DNA from: Novakomyces olei
Lineage: Eukaryota
DNA: 64,000 nt
Direction of reading: 5' to 3'
Assembly: GCA_016906335.1 (NCBI GenBank)
Contig: JADEYG010000012.1
Location: forward strand, 186,001-250,000
The position numbers and the translations under genes were made by a program. The notes under the pieces are model-generated. The model worked only from the letters and a program-made list of their open reading frames with translations, searched no databases and was not told the origin of the DNA. The stretch's first letter is position 1. Every line of letters begins with the position of its first letter. Of the stretch, positions 23,568 through 37,786 are shown piece after piece.

Positions 23568-26097
23568 CTAGGCACTATCAATCGGCTCATCGCTAATCTG
23601 AGCAAGTGCGGTCTTGACTCGCTCTCTTATATCGATAGAAGGATCAGACGCTAGCTCATTCAGTTTAGACGTAAAGCCAAACTGCCTCAGCTGTCTTGCA
23701 AATTCGCTCTGGTTACTGTTTGTATAACTATTGGGATCGTCGTTCCAAGTCAAATTGATTGCGACCCACACACAACCCAAACGGACTTCTGGATTGCTGT
23801 GCGTCAGATTCGCACATACTTTAAGCATTAAATCGCTTCGGTTTAAAAGACTGGCCCGATGCTCTTCCGTTCCGCCTGCAATATGAACAATAATATACAC
23901 GGCCGGAATAACAACTTCGGGAAACTCTGACGTCAATTTATCGTTTAATATGGTAAAGAGCTCGTCCGCACCAACCAGTCGAAGCATAGTATCGATGCTC
24001 TGTAAACAATTAGCAGTGGACATTGACGATAAGGTTTGTATTATAATGGAAAATCAAAAACCAAAAACCAAAAACCAAAAAATATTAAATAATGAATAAA
24101 CAAAATTCAAACAAACCTCTTTCCGGCCACATAAAACATTCCTCAGCACATCGAGTGCTTGTTCCTCTACTCCCAATTCCGGATCATTGCAAAGCTGCAC
24201 TAAATTTGTAACTCCTAGCTTTTGCAATACTAATTCCTTTGTGGTTTTGTCTGCCGAGAAAACGACATGTTTTAGAGCCCAAAGGGCATTTAGTCGCAAA
24301 GCCGGTTCACTTTGCTGAGCCAAATCACATAAAACATCCAAGATTCCCGGGCTCAAGATTGCTTTACGCATATTTGAAAAATCAAGAACAAAATTGCAAA
24401 GAGCTGCACACGCCACGATTTTCACATCCAAGTCGGAATCGTTGAGCAATTTAAATAGCATTTCACCCAAGTCACTTTCTGCTAACTCTGTTCGCAATAA
24501 GAAAATGCTACGAGACAGAGATCGTACACAGTGGCAAGCAGCCGCACGGATACGTGGCTGTTCACTCTGCATTGCTTGAGCAATAAAAGGAACTAGACGG
24601 GCCTCTGTAACTTTTTTTCTGCAAAAGTCTTTATCAAGTGTCACGGCAGCAATACACACAAGAGCCGCGTGAGTAAGATCATCAAACTCCTTTGGCGATA
24701 CTCCAGTTTTGCCCTTTGCAATGGCACTGCTATTTTTACTCTCATTTGCAAAAGATTTTGATTCTACAGCAAAAGAGTCGAGCAATTTTGCAATTAAACT
24801 GATCACTCCAGCATCGCCAACTGCCTGCTGCATTTCTTCGCTGTGAGCAATAAGATGAGCCAGCTGGGTTAACGCTTCAGCCAGCATTTCAATATCCAAG
24901 CTCTTATTCTCCCCCAACAGTCCTATAAGGCAAGGCAGTCCGTGCAGCCTTAAATCTTCAATAGCTGCTTCAGATAAAAGGCCATACTGAAAGATTGAAA
25001 CGAGCACGACTGCTGCCTGCAGTCGTACAGTTGGAGCGGACGAATGCAATAGTAGGAAAAGTACTGCCAAAAGGTTTACAATTTTTGCTTTTTTCTCGCC
25101 CACATTTACACGTATTTGCAGGCAACAGAGCCTCTCACAGCACCGCTGCTGCTGTTGAGTCTCAGAGCCAAATTGGCGCCTGCAAATAGCCACAAGGGCA
25201 AGTAGACTGTGTTGAACAAGTGAAACTGGCAACGAGTGTCTACGCTTCTGCCAAGGCCGGTACAGCGAATCGTCGGTGTAATGCAGGGCAATTGTCCGTA
25301 CAATGTTTTCAGGCAACGGTGTATCGTCTAGCAAATGATAATGCTCCCTGCTTTCATAACATAATTGCACCAACTGGCACGCGTAAATACCAAACTGCAG
25401 AGTGTCAACAGCATTCACCGAGTCCGGAGCTGCTGTTGCTGTGATCAGCTTGTTCAGAGTAGAGAGCATCTCGGGAGAAAGAAGGCCAGTGCGGTCTGTG
25501 GATGGGCGGTAAAGTGCCAGTAGTAACCTTAAGCACGGGCCCACCAGCCGAGAAGAAGCATCAATCTGCGTCACACAGCCGATCACGGTACGCTGGGCCC
25601 GTTCGATATCAGAGTCTCCCAGTAACTTTACGAGTTTAGTCTCGCCTGACTGTGTGAGTACGTCTGTATGAAAAAGGTGACGTTCAACGTCTATGGAACG
25701 TCCATGGTACACTATTCTTGAATAGGCTTCAACGTAAAACTATTGAATGTTATGCCCATTTGTTTTCATTACTTTTATCCACTTGATGTTTGTGTTTTCC
25801 ACATGCTTGAAAGCTCGTTTCTTTCAAATCTTTTATTTTCAGATATATTTCCTTTGCCTTACCCGTAACAAGAGCGCAGAGGCAAATCGCCGCCTGCTCT
25901 CGCACTTCAGTGCTTGCGACTGAGCCGAGAAAAGTAACCAAGTCATGACCCACGCCGCGCCGTAAAAGAGCTTCTTTTTCCGGTTCATGGCCGATGATGC
26001 TGTTCTTGAGATTCCGCAAAGTAGCAATCTGGTCTTGAGCAGAGCCGGAAAAAAAGCCTAAAGAGCCGCTAGTGACTCCTTTCTCGTCCGCCGTCAT
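23568..26097 (-). CDS. Armadillo-repeat protein ARMC8/Gid5 (Vid28)-like; 3 exons
   Basis: LRNLKNSIIGH..K, RAAACHCVRSLSRS, ALCNFVLDFS, RLNALWALKH, EQALDVLRN, CVWVAINLTW and DIRERVKTAL. The first-intron acceptor is less certain. Confidence 0.88.
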
Positions 26098-27163
26098 TAT
26101 CCTATGCGACTCACAATGTCGGTACTTTAAGCGATCTGCTATACGCGCCGTTGCGTGCGATGATGTAGTGTTATTTATACCACAAAGGTCATTTTTGTGC
26201 AACTTTGAAATCATCAGTAAATATAATAATGCTGCATATCAGTTTATCGGGTCCCAAAATTCTTTCGCCCTACTAAACTGCTTTAGACTAGGGTTGGAGT
26301 ACGGTTTCCAAGTATACTCGTAAAAGCTTATCATGTAGGGAGTAGCAACCTTAACACATCAAAATAAAATTTATTACACAGTTTTCATGCGGCTCATACA
26401 ATACGCCCCTACATATATCGTCCTCGCCATACAAAAGTGTATATTCCTTGTATAGCTGCTATACATTAGCTCAGAGTAGACGGGTTTCAAAAAGCGTAAT
26501 CGTCACGGGAAGAATAGGCAAATTTTCGGGCGGTGCCGTAGCGAAGAATCTCGCAAGGGTCGTTGTACCGATCCGGGCAGTAGTTCAAAGCAGGAGACTG
26601 TTCCACTAAAAGTTTTATACTTGAACGTGTCCACTGATCTGTTGAGACTTCTATAAAACGTACTGTAATAAGGCATGAGTAAATTAAACAGGTGTAAACA
26701 TTAAGCGCACAAGGGCCTGCTTGGACTCAAGTCTTCACATGTATTATATGGGCTCCTCATCTGTCTAAATTTATTTGTATCACTTGTGCATCATTCATAA
26801 TGCTTGTCAAGTATCCCTGATGATCTCATTTAACAAAAAGAATTAGGCACCGGTTTGCTCTCGTATGAGAAGAATACAAAAGTATAGTATCTCCTGATCA
26901 GATTGGTGGTGTCAAACATGGCCGGATTTTAGTGGGTTCGCTCTTTATAAAACTTTGTAAAAGTATATCGCATTATGTACGACATATTTAGTATTATCGC
27001 CGAACACATATTATAACAAAGTTTGAGTAACGCTTTCGGCGTGTACCGCGCGCTATGCGCGGTATCGAGATAAACGTTACATTAAGCATATTAATATTAG
27101 AGTTATATACGAAATTCTCCAGACTTAGACTAATTCACCTATTATTATAATTATTAATTTGCA

Positions 27164-28593
<1,430 letters not shown>

Positions 28594-28917
28594 ATTCAAG
28601 CCGACTTGCATGGGTTGCTTGATGTATAGAATGTAATATAATAAAAAAGAATTGCATTAGCTAAATGTAGATTTCAAGCTGTGAGGAAAGTAGACAAGTA
28701 GATAGTATATCTGTACGGATGCCTGCTATGCTTTTCCCGAAACAAATTTGGCTTCAATGGAGTACGAATAGATAGATCGGTTGACCGGCAGATCTTAGAG
28801 CTAATTTATTTGTTTGTCTTGGAATTGCTCTAGTCTACGTATTTCCAATTGAACCGTTCACGCATTCTTGCAAAATATAAACTGCGTTTCCAATTACAAA
28901 TTGACATTAACAACGGT

Positions 28918-29900
28918 CTAAACCAGCTCTGCGACATTCATGGGCATCTCATCGATCTGTGTAGCATAGTACTGTTCGATATCACGCAGAATACGGACGT
29001 CATCGTTGGTGACAAAGTTAATAGCCACTCCCTTGCGTCCAAACCGACCGCTACGGCCAATACGATGAATATAATTTTCACGGCTCGAGGGCAGATCGTA
29101 GTTTATAACCAGACTGACTTGCTGCACATCGATACCTCGAGCCCAAATATCCGTGCAAAGTAGAACTCGAGACTCGCCTTGCCGAAACTTTTGCATAATT
29201 GCGTCGCGCTCCTTTTGTGCCATGTCTCCGTGCATTGAGGTTACAGTGAAGTTGGCCTCAACCATTTTCTCTGCGAGCCAATCAACTTTCCGTTTTGTAT
29301 TGCAAAAAATTACGGCTTGAGTTATTGTTAAAGTGTCGTACAAATCGCACAGAGTATCAAATTTCCAGTCCTCCTTCTCAACTGCAATAAAGTACTGTTT
29401 AATACCCTCAAGCGTAAGCTCATCGCGCTTCACAAGTATTCGTACAGGCTCAGACATAAACTTTGTGGTAACATCCAAAACATCAGAAGGTAGAGTAGCA
29501 CTGACTACTATTACTTGGCAACCTGGCGGAAGGTAGCGGTAAACATCGTAGATTTGTTCTTTAAAGCCACGGTTCAGCAGTTCATCTGCCTCGTCCAATA
29601 CAAGCATCTTTATGTTTCGAGTACGCAGATTGCGCCTCTTGATCATATCCAAGACTCGGCCAGGTGTGCCAGAGACAACGTGCTGCCCAGCATCCAAGCG
29701 TCTTATATCCTCTCCGATATTCGTGCCACCGATACATGCATGACATTGAACTGACATGTAGTCGCCCAAGGCAAGAATTACACTCTGAATTTGGGTAGCG
29801 AGTTCGCGCGTTGGCGACAGTACGAGCGCTTGGCATTCAAGGGAGGAAGTGTCTAATGTCAGAATAAAAGTTGAATTGCGATCAAGATTTATTAAAAAAA

Positions 29901-29951
<51 letters not shown>

Positions 29952-30485
29952 AAATAGATAAAAACAAAAAACAAAAAACAAAAAATAAAGAATAAAAAAT
30001 AAAAAATAAATAAAAAATAAAAAATATAAATATAATATAATATAATAAAAACGATAGAAAAAAGAATTAGAGGCTCTAAACAGAATAATATTCTCAAGAA
30101 ATACAATCGTCAACAAGAGCTATACAAAAACTGCCAATACTTGGAAACCAATATAGATCCACTTACCAATACTTTGGAGAATACCAATGGAAAACGTAGC
30201 AGTCTTCCCTGTTCCTGATTGCGCTTGGGCAATGACGTCTGCGATTAGCCAAACCAACCAAGAAAAAGATACGTACCTCTGCCCTTGATTATCTGCTGAA
30301 TAGCGCGGCTCTGAACTGCGCTCGGTGTTTCGTATCCATAACTATAAATTCCGCGCAAAAGATCTTCGCGCAAATTCATCGCCTCAACTGCTAATTAGCG
30401 AGTAAAAAAGGAACAAAAGCATACAAGTTGGCGCGACAGAAACATCGCGAGATGTCTCAAACTCGATATCTTTATCGATATCCAT
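28918..30485 (-). CDS. FAL1: DEAD-box helicase eIF4A-III/Fal1; 4 exons
   Basis: [34 protein letters not shown] and FAL1-type [12 protein letters not shown]. Introns at 30388-30424, 30239-30276 and 29853-30166. Confidence 0.95.
29897..30060. repeat. (TAAA)n and A-rich simple repeats in FAL1 intron 3
   Basis: Directly visible. Confidence 0.9.
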
Positions 30486-30883
30486 CGTAGTGTTGTTTTG
30501 CAGATTTATTCAGTATATTGGCAATATTTATTATATATACGTCGTACTCTAACGATTATTTTATTTAATGCATTTTTTGTTCATTATTTATTTATTAATT
30601 TATGTTATTTATGTTATTTATATATTTATTGTTAATTATTTGTGTATTGTTTATTCATTATTTATATATTGTTCATTATTTATTTATTGTTATTTATATA
30701 TTGAGAGATAGAATACGTGAGGCCACATCATACCCATAAGAAACGAATAATAATGTGGGCCATATAATAAATATACTCGTGACCGATTGAGCGGCCGGTG
30801 CCCAACCACTCTTATTAATTGCCGCTTTAAATCGCCCAAAACGCCTTACAGAATCCTCATGTTTGTTTAACCTTTCAAACACA

Positions 30884-31813
30884 ATGGCAGACGAGTTACT
30901 GCGCCCGCAGCCGACGACACCGAAAAGTGGCCCCGCTGAACCTGACACGGCACATTCAGCAGCACAAGATCCCAATGAAAAGCGAACGCGTATCGCTCTT
31001 GTTGAGCACGAGTACAACGCGTCTAACGCGTTACTCACTCGACTAGCGCGTCAAGAAAGACGCGTACTTGAATTGCGAGACGAACTGGCAAAAGCAGAGG
31101 CGGAGATGGAACGTCTAAAGAAGGACTTATTACGAAGCGAAGCAATGAGGCAGCGTCCGTCTATCGACGATCTGTTTACACCTGCCAGCCGCAGTCGGAG
31201 CAACAGCAACAAAAGTACGGGGCAGTTACGCTCGCCTGATCCGAACACAGAGACGGGATTTGCTGCTGCGGCAGTTACTGCCTCTGCCAGTCCGAGGTTC
31301 AGTCTCCGGCAGCTTTCTCCGAAACGAAGTTTACGGCAATTATCGCCCCAGCGAGGACTCGGAATCCAGCTATCGAGCTTGATGAAGAGTGACAGACAGA
31401 CAGAGGGCGTTGATGATGGGGGGAATGAATATAAAGGAATCGAAAATAAAGGAAATGAATTTAAAGGAAATGAAAAAAAGGGAAATGAAGAAAAGTTTGG
31501 AAACGGGTTGGACAGAAGAGCGGTCAAAGATAAGGGGCCCATAACGGACAAGCCGCTGCCACGCATACTATTACCTCACAACAAAAACGAGCCAGTGCAG
31601 GAGTATTTGTCTCGGGAAGATTACCAGTACCTCGACACTCTCTCGGAAGAGCGACGGGACGATCTGCTACAGAGACTGCAGTCCATTGATTATTCTACTC
31701 TGTGGACAAACTATAAACGCCGAGCTGGCGAGCTTATTACCTCGGCAGAGAAGAAGATTGACAGTTTTATAGAGCACGCTGCCATTGATATGGGGCTGGC
31801 ACCGGAAAAGTAG
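30884..31813 (+). CDS. Coiled-coil protein, TDA11/DUF4048-like
   Basis: Intronless ORF with LTRLARQERRVLELRDELAKAEAEMERLKK, resembling the recalled TDA11/DUF4048 motif. The rest is low-complexity. Confidence 0.65.
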   Translation: MADELLRPQPTTPKSGPAEPDTAHSAAQDPNEKRTRIALVEHEYNASNALLTRLARQERRVLELRDELAKAEAEMERLKKDLLRSEAMRQRPSIDDLFTPASRSRSNSNKSTGQLRSPDPNTETGFAAAAVTASASPRFSLRQLSPKRSLRQLSPQRGLGIQLSSLMKSDRQTEGVDDGGNEYKGIENKGNEFKGNEKKGNEEKFGNGLDRRAVKDKGPITDKPLPRILLPHNKNEPVQEYLSREDYQYLDTLSEERRDDLLQRLQSIDYSTLWTNYKRRAGELITSAEKKIDSFIEHAAIDMGLAPEK

Positions 31814-32169
31814 CTGGATCGTGTTGCGCAAGGTGGAGTGGATATATACTTGCCGGGTGATTGCGTTTCTGGTTTCTTATGCGGACGATGCTGGCTTTTA
31901 TTCAATAGACAAACATACCGCTTGTTTCTTTTCATTTTTGGTTCATTGTTGTTCCATTGTTGTCCATTTTTTCTTCTTTTTCTTCCTTTTTTTCCATTTT
32001 TCCCTTTGTTTTGTCTTTTTTTCCTCTTACGTTATATGTTTTCAGTGATGATCATTATTCTAGATTGTACATACCTGGTTTCTGCATGCCAAATTTTCGT
32101 ATATAGTAATAAAATAAAACGCGAGATTAAATATATACATATATATACATGCACGGCTGTTTGTGTTTA

Positions 32170-34653
32170 TTAATTGTGTTCCGTAAACACCTGCACTTGT
32201 CTCAGTAACAGATCCAGACTAGTGATAAACTCGCGGGCCGTTATTTGTTTCAAGATGCTGACAATTTCACCCACACTGTGCTCGGCCAGTCTCTTCGCCT
32301 CTAACGGAAGAGGCTTCCTGGACGAAACTTGCAGGGCAGTCTTTGCTAGTGCTCGTAGATGCGGGTACAAGGCAGGCTCTTCGTCACCGACCAGCATAGG
32401 GTCTAAAAACTCTTGCGCTAGTATTTGCATTTGCCTTTCTAATTGCTCACCCATCTCGGGAGCCGTCATAGTCTGTGCGCGTTGTAGCACACGGTAAACT
32501 GCCTGAACGTGTACTGCCGACACAACGTCTAAAAGCGTAGCGGAAAAGGACTTTAAGAAATTATAGAGCCACAGGGTAAAATGCCTCTCTGCTTTTGCTC
32601 CTCTCCCCTTTGATCGCACGATGCACCGCTCCAATTGGTGCAGTGGAACCGTCAGTGTGAGAATGATAAACAGCGACTGAGAGTATACGGTAAAAAGCAC
32701 GGGTACCGTGGCAAACGCTGGGAATTCACGAGCCAGTGTGTCAAAGGCAATAATGGGAAATACAGAATGCGTCCAAGTCACTGAGCACTGCCATTCTGGC
32801 CATTCCATTCGTAAGCGAGTGGCAATATTTGCGGCTCTTTGCTCACAGTCAGACGCCTTTCCCACCATCAATTCGTGCAAGAAATACTCTGCCAGGCCAG
32901 GTGTCCATGTGTGGAGGGAAAAGTACAGCTGCAGCATGTCTTGAATCCTTTTAATGAGCCCCTTGGTCCCCAGCAAATCGGCACTGGACGAGTACCGTCT
33001 CATTCGGCCCGCAGTCTGGACCGCCCAGTCTTGAAATAATTGCAACGTGTTTGCTGGATCAGCTTCCCCTGCATTGAAGCACAGGTCTCCGTGCTGCGCA
33101 ACGGAGGAAGCAGCCTGCGGTTTTGGCATTTCAAAGGCGGCAGTTTGCAGTTCGTTTATGGCGGAAATAAAAGGTACTCGTAAATCCTCTGCTGAAAAGT
33201 CGAGAAACAGAAACGATGAGGACGAAGCACAGTCATGCGTTATGATACGATTGATCTGATCAACTTGGGCAGAGAGCACTGCACGGATCAAAGGCATTGA
33301 CCATTGCTGGAACTTTGTGTCTGAAACCTCAAAGATGGCTAAACATGCAAAGATTAGATTCACGGGCTGACGCCGGGATCTTGGAGCAATATTGAACTGC
33401 GACATTAGCCAGTAAAGAAACTCAAATGGACGCGCTATTGGCAGTATAACACTGTACATTTTTATCATGCTCGAGTGCTCTTTCTGCTGGCAATCAAGCA
33501 AGTTGTCGATTCGTTGTTCTAATTGCACAATAAACCGCTGCAACTCTGCAACAAAAGCCGACACCACTGGACTTGCATCGCAATATCCGAACTGCATACT
33601 GCAGCAAAACTCGCGTAAAAAACAGATTGAACTGGCCACGCCAAACACGCAGTCAGTCGCAGAACGTATAGCGCGCGGTGAGCACATTAAATCGGCACTT
33701 GGAGCGGGGAACCAGGTAGTGCGATCCAAACAGCTACGGCCTGTACCCAATTTAAACAAGCACTCATACACAAAACTGCGTTCTGTGAAGACGGCTTTGC
33801 GCTTGTTAAAGTATTGAGCCTTCCGAATCGTACGGTACAGGTTCTGTGCTGGCAGTGTAGATTCGTGTAGGGCAAAAGGCAGTACAGATGTGACTCTTTG
33901 GCTTGCATTTTCATATTTCGCAGTAGTACTAGTAAGACTCGTCGTTTCAAAGCCCTCCTTGTTCCCTTTCCCTTTGCCCTGTCCCAATTTACTCTGCAAC
34001 AGACGGCTCTTCAGTTCGTTGTCGGCCATTTCCGGATTCTCTTTTTCATCTTTAGCCATTCTGGACTCCACAGTCGACACGGACGAGGGTCCGTACCCGA
34101 TTCCCTCCTGTAGGAGCGAATCATCACTCGTATCACTAGCAGAATACTCGTCTAGATTAACATTATCGAATTCAAGTGCAATTTGAGCCAATTCTTGCCG
34201 TACGCTTTGCTGGAAATCTGCCTGCTCTTCTCCAGTTTTGTCCACGTTTCCGTCACCGTCGTCTATTTCCTCGTCTGCCTCCTGTTGCAGCTCATCACTA
34301 GCGCGTAGTTTCACAAGGATGCTTAAAGCGTTAAGCAAGTAGAGTGCTTGGCTATTGTCGCCCCGACGTAAAAACAGCTCTTTTAAACGCGTATACGCTC
34401 GCTCAAGCTTTATGGCAGACCCATTGAAGCCTAAAACTTCCCATTTCTCTATTACCCTTACAATTTAAGCATAATTGTGGAAAGCATTACTGCATTCTTA
34501 CCCTTGCACACGCAATTCAACGCTATTAGGCAGCTCTAAGAGCTGTGAAGGCCGACAGAGTTCTTCAAGTAAAGTTTCTCGTTTGTGCGGTGCCGCGTTT
34601 AACGCGTCTGCCAACTCTTGGAATTGAAGATCGACGAACCATGGCGGAACCAT
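32170..34653 (-). CDS. Divergent gamma-tubulin complex component, GCP5/Mod21-like; 2 exons (34653-34502, 34456-32170)
   Basis: N-terminal VELRVQGVIEKWEVLG...KL, acidic linker, TERSFVYECLFKL and AFVAELQRF resemble GCP5/GRIP1 features. The 45-nt intron keeps the frame. Confidence 0.65.
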
Positions 34654-34718
34654 TTGCCATTGTGTATGCTCTCACTGTTCGCGCATCTGTGCCTGTGCAC
34701 ACATAAATAATAAGGTCG

Positions 34719-34770
34719 ATAAATAATAAATAATAAATAATAAATAATAAATAATAAATAATAAATAATA
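34719..34770. repeat. (AAATAAT)n 7-mer array upstream of the GCP5-like gene
   Basis: Directly visible. Confidence 0.9.
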
Positions 34771-34968
34771 AGTATAAAATGCAACTAATGTTGCAGAAAC
34801 TGCTAATATAAATATGGTGAACATACTATACTCAATTTACTCGTAATCCAATCATTTCTATACACTATTAAGCACAGGACATGTCAATTAATAGAATAAA
34901 ATACAATTATAAAATATGTACTATAATGCAGTAGCGACCTGAGTCAGGGTTAGGGTCACGTCCGGTTT

Positions 34969-37455
34969 CTACATTTCCATGTCCGCTTCCATAGCATTGC
35001 GAACATGGCGAAGCACCGCTTTTGCCTCCTCAATATCCTGCAATATTTAGTGTCGGTGAGATTATACGAATTAACAGATGAATTTAATAAAAAAACATAA
35101 GTAAATATGTATATCAAAAATCAAACATAAAAACAAAATCCGTACATGAGCACCGTTAAGAACGGGTAGCAGATACTGCTCTGCAGTAGCATAGCTGCCA
35201 TCTTTAAGTTCTGCTTTTCCAAGCCACAGCCTGGCCCGTGAAGAAGCAGAATTGACTTCATTCATATCCTCCTCAGCCACAGATTTAGAATACCAAGCCG
35301 AAGCTTTGTCTGGCTTGGCCATCTTTTCATATATTTGAGCAATTTTAAGTGCAAAAGCAGAATCGACTCCGTTCTCCGAGCAAGCTCTAATGAAACAACG
35401 CAATGCTGGTGTGTATCTCTCCAGGAGCTCATAGCAGTTTCCGAGTGCGGCCCACATACGGTAGTCCGACGGTCTACACAAATTTCGTTATTTTCGGTCC
35501 CAATAAATAAAACCAATACAAAATTAAAATTTGTTGGTTTTGGTCCCCAATTGTTATAAAAAAACACAATAAAACGTACCTTAATGACGCTGCCCGTTCA
35601 TAATAGTATAGTGCATAATGATGCATTTCCAGAATCTCGTATGTCTGACCAAGACCATACCACGCACGATAGTCTTGTTTGTTGACGTCTAGAAGATTAG
35701 AAGAAAAAAGTCAATTGACCTTAATAAAGAGTTGAGAGGCAAATCAACGAAAATTAAGCACTAGACTCTGATTTCGTATTTATGAAAAATAAAATGAGAG
35801 CCGAAATCTCTAGTGAAGATTCTTACCCACAGCATGACGGTACGATTCAATAGCGGCATAGGTATTTTTGAGCTCTACATATTCATGGCCCATTAAAGTC
35901 CATGCCGCCAGGCATTTACGGTTGAGCTGGAGAGCCCGACGATAATAAACGACCGCCTTGACATGATCAGACAACAAACTGTAATAGTTTCCTAGAGAAA
36001 TTAATAATTTAAACAAAAAGCGCTTTAATTTACCAATAATTATGCAAGTTTCAGGCCGGAACGCGTCCAATTTTGAGGCAGACTGAGCGATGCACGATAA
36101 TTGTGTTTTATTCTCTTGCACAAAAAGAATGTTGGAGTATATATCAAGGTCTTCCAGCCTATGAGGGTCTCGTTTGTAGAGCTCAGAGAACAGGATCTCA
36201 GCCTCATCATAATCTAGTGCATTTAGTAAGAGTCTTTCTCAAGGAAGATTCAAACCTCTTAAATTGTATCTCACGATTGCCGCTTGCGCTTGTAGCCACA
36301 GATTTTGGGGGAATCCTTCTTGTAAATTTTCAATAAGATCCACAATAACCTCGTTGTCGATATGAAGCTCTTGTGATGCGTGTATCTTGAACATGCTTGT
36401 CATTAAATGTTGAGGTAGTAAAGGCTCGAGACCGATCAACTAGAGACCGATTAGTCGAAAGAAAACGAACTTATTTGGATGGGAAAAAGAAAAAGCATGG
36501 CTTACATCGGAGGAATCATTAAGACACTCTGCTAAATCGAGCCATGCAGACCAATTATATGGAAATTTGTTGACTGACCAAGTGTAAGCTTGAAGAGCCA
36601 GCTTTGTTTCCTTTTGGCTCTTCCAACATAGTCCCAGTCTGTTAGTTAGCAATGACCGAGCTATAGATGAAAATACAAATGCCGCATAGTCCGAATACTA
36701 GCAAAAAATTGAAAATAAAGATAATAGAACAAGAAAAAATAGTAAAAAAACAAAACTGATGAACCAAACGAATAATTACTGCGCATTAGATTCAAACGTT
36801 TCAAACAAAGGCCACGAGAGACAACCAATTTATACAAAAGACTGTGAATCACACAGTCCCGAGCAAGGGGAACAAATGAATAAAATCGTCAAAAAAACTA
36901 TAATAATTAAATTTACTGAAGTAAAAAAAAACCGCTCATAATTGGCATACAAATAGAGGAGAAACGGATCAGAGTTCTCATTGAAATCGAGTTTCAATTC
37001 ATCAATAATTCCAGCCAGTTCTGCATTCAAAACACTGCCGTTATCCTTCTCCCCCAAAACAGCTTGTATTTTAGCCTCCTTCTCCCTTTCGCCGACTAGA
37101 AAGCGACTGTAAAGCCCTAAAAATTTGCTAGCATTATCGTTGCAGTCGCGCAGTGTCGCACTACACCGTGACAGTTCGCGCGTGTCAAAGTACGCCTTTG
37201 CCAAACGCCAAGTGCGCGCCAAAGGAATTTGAATTTGCATCGTCCATGATTGAAAGCCTCTTTCGTTCCAGACTGAAGCATTCATGTCCACAGAGTTTAA
37301 TAACTCTGCCAGCCTGATATCAGCAAATAAATAGTTCAATTATCCATTTACCATTTTGTCGTCTTTAAAAGCCCATAGCTGCTACACACGTCAATAGCAC
37401 TTTCAATTTGAGAGCACGCCTGTTCCGCGTAATAAATTGCTGGCAATTCCGACAT
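34969..37455 (-). CDS. CDC23: APC/C subunit CDC23/cut23 (APC8); multi-exon
   Basis: [73 protein letters not shown] and [10 protein letters not shown]. Stop TAG at 34969-34971. Confidence 0.93.
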
Positions 37456-37553
37456 GATTTCTAAGGGTGTGCCTTGAGATCATGCATAGTAGCAGTTGCT
37501 GTCCTGACAAGCTGTTCCAGATTGCTATTTGCAATATATGTTTCGCGTTTATA

Positions 37554-37655
37554 TATTATTTATTATTTATTATTTATTATTTATTATTTATTATTTATTA
37601 TTTATTATTTATTATTTATTATTTATTATTTATTATTTATTATTTATTATTTATT
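37554..37655. repeat. (ATTATTT)n 7-mer array in the CDC23/ERG20 divergent promoter
   Basis: Directly visible, about 14 copies. Confidence 0.95.
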
Positions 37656-37786
37656 TATTAATATTGTTTGACATATATACAATATTCACATTTATCTAAT
37701 TTCAAGGATAATTCGTCGCAGATTTTACAATCTAGTCACCAGCGGTTCTGTTTACGTGCGCTCAGAGCTCTACGATTACTCGTGCA

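Noticed and set aside
26465..26620. Possible Pol III ncRNA (TAGCTCAGAGTAG A-box-like, GTTCAAAGC B-box-like)
   Set aside because: No cloverleaf and no recognisable snRNA, SRP or RNase P signature. The boxes are degenerate. An Rfam/tRNAscan search would be needed.
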